From positions 64,001 to 128,000 of the forward strand of contig CAWJJC010000022.1 in NCBI GenBank assembly GCA_963843145.1: a stretch of DNA of 64,000 nucleotides, read 5' to 3'. This DNA is from an uncultured delta proteobacterium. GTDB lineage: Bacteria; Desulfobacterota; RBG-13-43-22. Positions 58,854 to 64,000 of the stretch are shown here, in pieces. Both the position numbers and the translations under genes were made by a program. The notes below the pieces were generated by a model. The model saw only the letters and a list, made by a program, of their open reading frames with translations. It searched no databases and had not been told where the DNA came from. Position 1 is the first letter of the stretch. Each line of letters opens with the position of its first letter.

Positions 58854-58898
58854 TATGTAAATAAAGTCGAACACCGCTTTCGGGGAGTTGTTCTTGCC

Positions 58899-58985
58899 GT
58901 CATGCCGGACCTGATCCGGCATCCAGGGTATTCGAAGCTCAAAGGGCTCTGGATTCCGGATCTCGCTTCTCTCGTCCGGAATGAA
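58899..58985. repeat. REP/RPE-like palindromic element
   Basis: GTCATGCCGGACCTGATCCGGCATCCAG ... CTGGATTCCGGA...TCCGGAATGA. Confidence 0.75.
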
Positions 58986-59231
58986 GACCTTTTTCCTTGC
59001 GTAGCGAATCCTGTCAACCTGGGTAGGTTCATACAAATATTTCCTGGACCCACTATAGATCGAACTCTCCTTTTTCTGGATAGAACAGCAGCCTGGGGGG
59101 GTGGGTTACGAGTCGGCGTGAGAACTCGAAGGCAAATCAAGGCCGAAAATATGACCCTGGATGGCCTGGCCATTCGATACGGGCAGTTATAGAGAGGATG
59201 CCGGGAGATGGACGATCCTCCCGGCCAAAAG

Positions 59232-59972
59232 TTATTTTAGCAGGTTTCCGCGAACCCCGATCACTCTTTCCGCCAGGGGGATATTCTTCCCCGCCTTTTC
59301 CATGGCCTGCTTGACGATCCAGGGGAGTCCCGAGCAGCAGGGGACCTCCATGACCACGGTGGTCACGCTGTTGATCTGGGCCGTGTTAAAAATATCCGTA
59401 AACTTCTGAATATATTCCTGGACATCGTCAAACTTGGGGCAGCCCATCATGACCACTTTGCCCTGGAGAAAATCCTGGTGAAAGTTGGGATACGCCAGGG
59501 GGGCGCAGTCGGCTACCACTAAAAGGTCGGCGTTCTTGAGAAAGGGCGCTGTCGGGGGCACCAGCTTGATCTGCACCGGCCAATGGCTGAGGGCCGAACC
59601 CGAAGCGGTTTGGGCCTTCGGCTGGTTGGCTTCCTGACAGGAGGAGACAGGGGCAAAGGTCTGCAGCGTGGTGGAGGGGCAGCCGCAGGGCAGTTTGGTT
59701 TCAGGCTGGGGAACAGCCGGGGGCCTTATAGCCTTCAAATGCTCCTCGACGGCGTGTTCGTCGAAATCCTCGGACTCCCGTTCGATGATGTGCAAGGCGT
59801 CGTTGGGGCATTCCCCCAGGCAGGCCCCCAGACCGTCGCAATATTTTTCAGCCGTCAAGGTGGCCTTCCCGTCTATGATCTGGATGGCCCCTTCGGCACA
59901 GGAAGGGACGCACAGGCCGCAGCCGTCGCAGCGTTCGGGGTCGATTTCAATGATTTTGCGTTTAATTATCAT
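59232..59972 (-). CDS. 4Fe-4S ferredoxin-domain protein of hcp neighbourhoods
   Basis: CDGCGLCVPSC.EGA, CDGLGACLGECP, CGCP, HWPVQI, GCPKFD, MEVPCC. Confidence 0.88.
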   Translation of the reverse strand: MIIKRKIIEIDPERCDGCGLCVPSCAEGAIQIIDGKATLTAEKYCDGLGACLGECPNDALHIIERESEDFDEHAVEEHLKAIRPPAVPQPETKLPCGCPSTTLQTFAPVSSCQEANQPKAQTASGSALSHWPVQIKLVPPTAPFLKNADLLVVADCAPLAYPNFHQDFLQGKVVMMGCPKFDDVQEYIQKFTDIFNTAQINSVTTVVMEVPCCSGLPWIVKQAMEKAGKNIPLAERVIGVRGNLLK

Positions 59973-60000
59973 TAGTTTTTCCTTTGGATAAAAAAGGTTC

Positions 60001-60064
60001 ACCCACCCCCCAACGTTCGGCTGAGCTCACGTCGAAGCCCCCCTTCCGTCAAGGGAGGGGGAGC
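60001..60064. repeat. REP-like element
   Basis: CCCACCCCC...TTCGGCTGAGCTCACGTCGAA...CCCCCTTCC-GTCAA-GGGAGGGGG. Confidence 0.5.
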
Positions 60065-60088
60065 AGGAAGCGTTTGAGGTTAGGGGTT

Positions 60089-60822
60089 CTACGAAGTTTT
60101 TAAGAACACCTTAATGGCCAATTCCCGGCCGCTGTCGGTTAAAAAAGATCGGTCAATGATCGCGGCCAGCCGTTCCGGGGATGAGGCCTTTTCTTTCTGA
60201 TTTTCTTCCAGGTTGACGATCAGGTCCGAGTCGTAGATCGCTTTGAAGTTGGTGGTTTCCTTCTCCCGGGGATGATGGTGATGGCCGACTATATCGCAGA
60301 CTTCCTCGATCAGCTCTTCCCGGGCGCCCAGTTTGGTCAGGATCTGTCGCGCAATCGGCGGGCCTTCTTCCTCCTGGTAGCGGGCGGCCGTGCTGTGGTA
60401 TTTCCTTTCCGCCTCATGGATGCCGATGTCGTGCAGATAGGCGGCTGAGAGGATCACCGCCGGGTTCCCTTTTTCTTTTCTGGCCAACTCCTCGGCATAG
60501 CGGGCCACCCGGGTGGCATGGCCGATCCGTTTGAAATCTGTGGTGAAGTAGCGCTTCATTTCAATGGCCACCCGGTCCTTTAACAGATCCTCTTTTTGGG
60601 CCATTAGTTCCGGGGGCAGCCCCCCAGGCACTGCTCGGCATGAGGGCAGTAAGAGGCGCAGCCGAAATCCATTTGGGGATTGATGATCCGCTTCCCGCAT
60701 TTCTTGCAGAGTCGGGTGGTGTCGTCTTTAAAGAACTCGAGCTCGGCGCCGCAATGGGGGCATTGGGTCTCGAAAATTGACCCGGGCTTCCAGTAGCGGC
60801 TGTCCTGTCCAGGGCATTTCAT
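60089..60822 (-). CDS. HD-domain phosphohydrolase with N-terminal Cys-rich zinc ribbon; 1-nt frameshift at about 60620-60625
   Basis: MKCPGQD...CPHC...CKKC...CASYCPHAEQCLG joins LPPELMAQ...RIGHA...LHDIG...HHH...DSD if one G is added. Confidence 0.88.
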
Positions 60823-60872
60823 AAAAAATCCTTTTATCCTTGAATTCGGGTTAATCCGTGATCGGGGTCCAT

Positions 60873-60900
60873 TAGGGGCGGGTTTTGAACCCGCCCCTAC
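60873..60900. repeat. GTAG-type REP / hairpin after hcp
   Basis: TAGGGGCGGGTT-TTG-AACCCGCCCCTAC. Confidence 0.65.
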
Positions 60901-60928
60901 GACAATCATTTATGAAAACAGGATTTTT

Positions 60929-62557
60929 TTAACCCAATATCGCCTTGAGATCCTCGTCCGGTGTGGTGATGGGCATGACGTTGAACGTCTTTACCAACAC
61001 ATCCAGGACATTGGGGGTGATGAAGGCCGGTAGGGAGGGCCCCAGCCGAATGTTCTTGATCCCCAGGTAAAACAAGGTCAACAAAATGGCTACGGCCTTC
61101 TGCTCATACCAGGAAAGGATCATGGACAAGGGTAGGTCATTGACCCCCACGTTAAAGGCCTTGGACAAGGCCACAGCGATCTGGATGGCCGAATAGGCAT
61201 CATTGCACTGCCCCACGTCCAGGAGGCGCGGGATCCCGCCGATATCTCCCAATTCTTTGTCAAAAAACCGGAACTTGCCGCAGGCCAGGGTGAGGATGAC
61301 CGAATCTTTGGGCGCTTTTTCCACAAACTCGGTGTAGTAGTTTCGGCCCGGTTTGGCCCCGTCGCAACCGGCTACGAGGAAGAAGTGACTGATCGCCTTG
61401 TTCTTGACCGCCTCGATCACCTGGCCGGCCACGCTCATCACGGTGTTCCGGCCGAACCCGACGGTGACCGTTTTCCCGTTGCTGTCTTCCGCAAATCCAG
61501 GCAGGGCCAAAGCCTTTTCGATAACCGGAGCAAAGTCTTTCCCGGCAATATGGGCGACGCCGGGGAAGCCCACCAATCCCGTGGTGAAAATATTGGCCTG
61601 GTAGGATTCCTTGGGCTTCTGAATGCAGTTGGTGGTCATCAGGATGGCCCCGGGAAACTCGCCGAACTCTTTGTGCTGATTCTGCCAGGCCGTCCCATAA
61701 TGGCCATAGAAATGGGCATACTTTTTCAATGCAGGATAACCGTGGGTGGGCAGCATCTCGCCGTGGGTATAAACATTAATCCCTTTGCCTTCGGTCTGTT
61801 TCAGGATCAGTTCCAGGTCTTTCAGGTCATGGCCGGAAACCAGGATGGCCTTGCCCTTTTTATGCCCTAGGGGAACCTTGGTTGGTACGGGATGTCCGTA
61901 GGTTTCCGTATTGGCTGCATCCAGGATTTCCATGGCTTTTAAATTGGCCTCGCCGCATTTCAAGGTCAGGCCCACCCAGTCGTCCAAGGTCAGGTCTTTG
62001 TTCAGGGCGGCGGCCAATCCTTCATGGATAAAGGCATAGACGGACTCATCTTCCTTGCCCAAGATCTGGGCATGGTCAGCGTAAGCGGCGACCCCCTTAA
62101 TCCCGAAAGTGACGGTCCAAATCAGCGCGTGAATATCTCTATCCGTAGTGGTATCTGATTGAATTCCAACCTTTTCTCCCTGGGCGATCATTCCCTCCAG
62201 GGTATCGGCCAGGATTAAATCCGCCGGTCCCTTCGGAAAATCCACTTTTCCGCCGGCCGCTTTCACCTTGGCTTTCAATTTTTCCCGCAGGGCCACGGTC
62301 TCTTTCAGTAAAGGAGCGAACCGCTCGGCGTCAAAATCGACATTGGTCAAAGTCGAAAACAAGGCCTTGACGGTAAAAATATTGGCCTCCGGGTCGCTGA
62401 TGCCCACCTTCCGGCCTTCCACTGCCACCTGGGACAAGCCCCGCATGGCATACACGACCAGATCCTGCAGGGCGGCTACTTCGGGTTGCTTTCCGCAGAC
62501 CCCGACTTTGGTACAGCCTTCCCCTTTGGCGGTTTGTTCACATTGATAACAAAACAT
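60929..62557 (-). CDS. hcp: Hybrid cluster protein (hydroxylamine/NO reductase)
   Basis: MFCYQCEQTA..GC...GVCGK, SGHDL, THGEML, GCDG, LACGK, GQCND, SWYEQKA. Confidence 0.97.
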   Translation of the reverse strand: MFCYQCEQTAKGEGCTKVGVCGKQPEVAALQDLVVYAMRGLSQVAVEGRKVGISDPEANIFTVKALFSTLTNVDFDAERFAPLLKETVALREKLKAKVKAAGGKVDFPKGPADLILADTLEGMIAQGEKVGIQSDTTTDRDIHALIWTVTFGIKGVAAYADHAQILGKEDESVYAFIHEGLAAALNKDLTLDDWVGLTLKCGEANLKAMEILDAANTETYGHPVPTKVPLGHKKGKAILVSGHDLKDLELILKQTEGKGINVYTHGEMLPTHGYPALKKYAHFYGHYGTAWQNQHKEFGEFPGAILMTTNCIQKPKESYQANIFTTGLVGFPGVAHIAGKDFAPVIEKALALPGFAEDSNGKTVTVGFGRNTVMSVAGQVIEAVKNKAISHFFLVAGCDGAKPGRNYYTEFVEKAPKDSVILTLACGKFRFFDKELGDIGGIPRLLDVGQCNDAYSAIQIAVALSKAFNVGVNDLPLSMILSWYEQKAVAILLTLFYLGIKNIRLGPSLPAFITPNVLDVLVKTFNVMPITTPDEDLKAILG

Positions 62558-62666
62558 GATCGATCTCCTTTCTTTGATTAAAGTTAGGTTCAATTAATTC
62601 GGAACCAACAGGGCCCGTTTAAACGTCATTTACGTTTAATAATAAGGCGACAACCGCCGAATTGCC

Positions 62667-62680
62667 TTGATTTAAGTCAA
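62667..62680 (-). promoter_or_regulatory. HcpR/FNR-type binding site of hcp
   Basis: TTGATTTAAGTCAA; with -10 TATTAT (minus strand, 62644-62639) its centre falls at about -41.5. Confidence 0.8.
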
Positions 62681-62833
62681 CGAACGGAAGTTAAAGTGCA
62701 AGAAAAATCGGGAAAGAGATCGATGGTTAAAATAAAACTAATAATAACAAGTTAATACATCCGGCCATGGCACGCAAGGGAAACGCGGAAAATTAAATTT
62801 TATTTTCCCCATTTTTTTCTTGATTTCTCTAGA

Positions 62834-62867
62834 AATCAACATATAAATGTTTATTTATATGTTGATT
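62834..62867. promoter_or_regulatory. ArsR/SmtB-type operator
   Basis: Perfect 15-bp inverted repeat AATCAACATATAAAT-GTTT-ATTTATATGTTGATT upstream of arsR. Confidence 0.8.
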
Positions 62868-62927
62868 ATTTCAACGGTTGATTTCAAGAATCAGGAATAC
62901 CTAATGATCAATAAGAGCAGAAACAAA

Positions 62928-63284
62928 ATGAGCGGGGAAGAGGCTGAGGCTTACCCGGAGGAGATAGGAAACCAAGAGGAAGGGGAACAGTCCCTCTCCA
63001 CGGTGGCTTTTTTAGCCAAAAGCCTATCGGATGAAAACCGTTTGCGGGTGCTCCTCAGTCTGCGCCAGGGCCGGCTTTCGGTATCCAGCCTGGTGGAGGG
63101 CTTACAATTGTCCCAACCGCTGATTTCACATCATTTAAAGGAATTAAAAAGGTCGCTTCTAGTCAAGGTCGAGCGCAATGGGCCATTTATCTATTACGAA
63201 CTGGCCGATAAAAGAATCCTTCAGATCATGAAAGACCTGGGGACCGTGGCCGGGGAATTACTGGCCAACCGTCGAACTTTTTAG
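62928..63284 (+). CDS. ArsR/SmtB family transcriptional regulator
   Basis: KSLSDENRLRVL, LSQPLISHHLKELK, VERNG..IYY. Alternative start at 62904. Confidence 0.92.
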   Translation: MSGEEAEAYPEEIGNQEEGEQSLSTVAFLAKSLSDENRLRVLLSLRQGRLSVSSLVEGLQLSQPLISHHLKELKRSLLVKVERNGPFIYYELADKRILQIMKDLGTVAGELLANRRTF

Positions 63285-63299
63285 TCAGGAGAACAGCCG

Positions 63300-63755
63300 A
63301 TGCCTGGAAAAACGATACTGGAATTAATCGAGAAACTCGAGCCGGAAAAAGCCTTAAAAGAAATTTCTCTGGCGGTCAAAACCCTTTTCCCCTTGCTGGA
63401 TCAGGAGTCCCGGCTGAATTTTGTGGTCAGCCTGATCGGGGATGCCGGAGCGGACAAGGTGGCCAGCCTGGTGAACCTCTGACTGGCGGAATGCCTGGAC
63501 GAAGGTGTCGATCCAACCAAGATGTGCCAGAGTCTAGTGGATAAGGTTTTTCAATCGAAACAGTTAAGAACCGTGGCCGAACCGGATATTTTAGTGCTTT
63601 TTGAAGACTGGCTGGAGGAATTGGAAGAGGAAATCATAAAACAGGTGCAAAAAATCGGTCCCAACGATCTGGGGAAATTGGCTCGAGGGTTGGGGTTGTC
63701 CCAGGCCGGCGTAAATTTCCTGATCACCAAATTAAAGCGGGAAGAAAGGATTTGA
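63300..63755 (+). CDS. Candidate selenoprotein, 151 aa, U61xxxC65, C-terminal HTH-like segment
   Basis: The two tracked ORFs 63300-63482 and 63522-63755 are in frame and separated only by TGA 63480-63482; a SECIS-like hairpin follows. Confidence 0.72.
63496..63515 (+). promoter_or_regulatory. Putative bacterial SECIS element
   Basis: TGGA-CGA-[AGGTG]-TCG-A-TCCA; the apical loop starts 20 nt after the UGA with G at its second position. Confidence 0.6.
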
Positions 63756-63795
63756 AAGAAAAAGGGCCCTGAATTATTTGGCGGAGGTGTTCTTT

Positions 63796-64000
63796 ATGAA
63801 CCATAAAACCATATTTATTGCCGCCCTCTCAGTGGCTCTGGTAATCGGGGTTCTCTGGTTTACCAACCGGGCCGTAACCCCAACGGCGGCTACCTGGGAA
63901 GATGTTCTCCAGGAAGCCCAGCGCGGCGGCTATCGGATTATCAAGACGGATGAGATCTGGGAACGGGTTCAAAAAAATCCACAGAACCTGATGCTGGTGG
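63796..64000 (+). CDS. Exported/membrane-anchored rhodanese-like protein (5' part only)
   Basis: MNHKTIFIAALSVALVIGVLWF...EAQRGGYRIIKTDEIWER...NLMLV, with SD GGAGG; resembles a rhodanese N-terminus. Active site is outside the window. Confidence 0.6.
   Translation, partial: MNHKTIFIAALSVALVIGVLWFTNRAVTPTAATWEDVLQEAQRGGYRIIKTDEIWERVQKNPQNLMLV

Noticed and set aside
62768-62785. Sigma54 promoter TGGCACG upstream of arsR
   Set aside because: Perfect -24 element but no TTGC at -12; at most a degenerate remnant.
1-64000. CRISPR array, rRNA, tRNA, integrase, transposase or prophage genes
   Set aside because: None seen; no regularly spaced repeats or mobility-gene motifs were found by eye.

Overview
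Chromosomal segment of an anaerobic deltaproteobacterium (Desulfobacterota-like gene content), probably origin-proximal because a parS site lies directly before parAB. It holds about 60 genes, mostly metabolic and regulatory: CoA ligases, a corrinoid methyltransferase module, a heavy-metal-type two-component system with htrA, mgtA, amtB, vapBC, plsY/ctpA/tolC, lsrF, a DVU0148-0150-like sigma54 operon and hcp. Four observations stand out. (1) An ArsR operon whose second gene reads through an in-frame TGA followed by a SECIS-like hairpin, giving a candidate 151-aa UxxxC selenoprotein ahead of a rhodanese-like gene. (2) A sigma54-driven tusA-mvhD-hdrA-hdrA-wHTH-hdrC-hdrB/D-dsrE operon with a divergent Cys-rich PAS enhancer-binding protein, a putative sulfur-relay electron-bifurcating complex. 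(3) An AT-rich three-gene TIGR04255 / small protein / PemK-like cassette. (4) A roughly 120-nt nested rod-like structured element next to that cassette. Two or three single-base homopolymer frameshifts are probably sequencing errors. All calls come from motif recognition by eye; no database searches were run.
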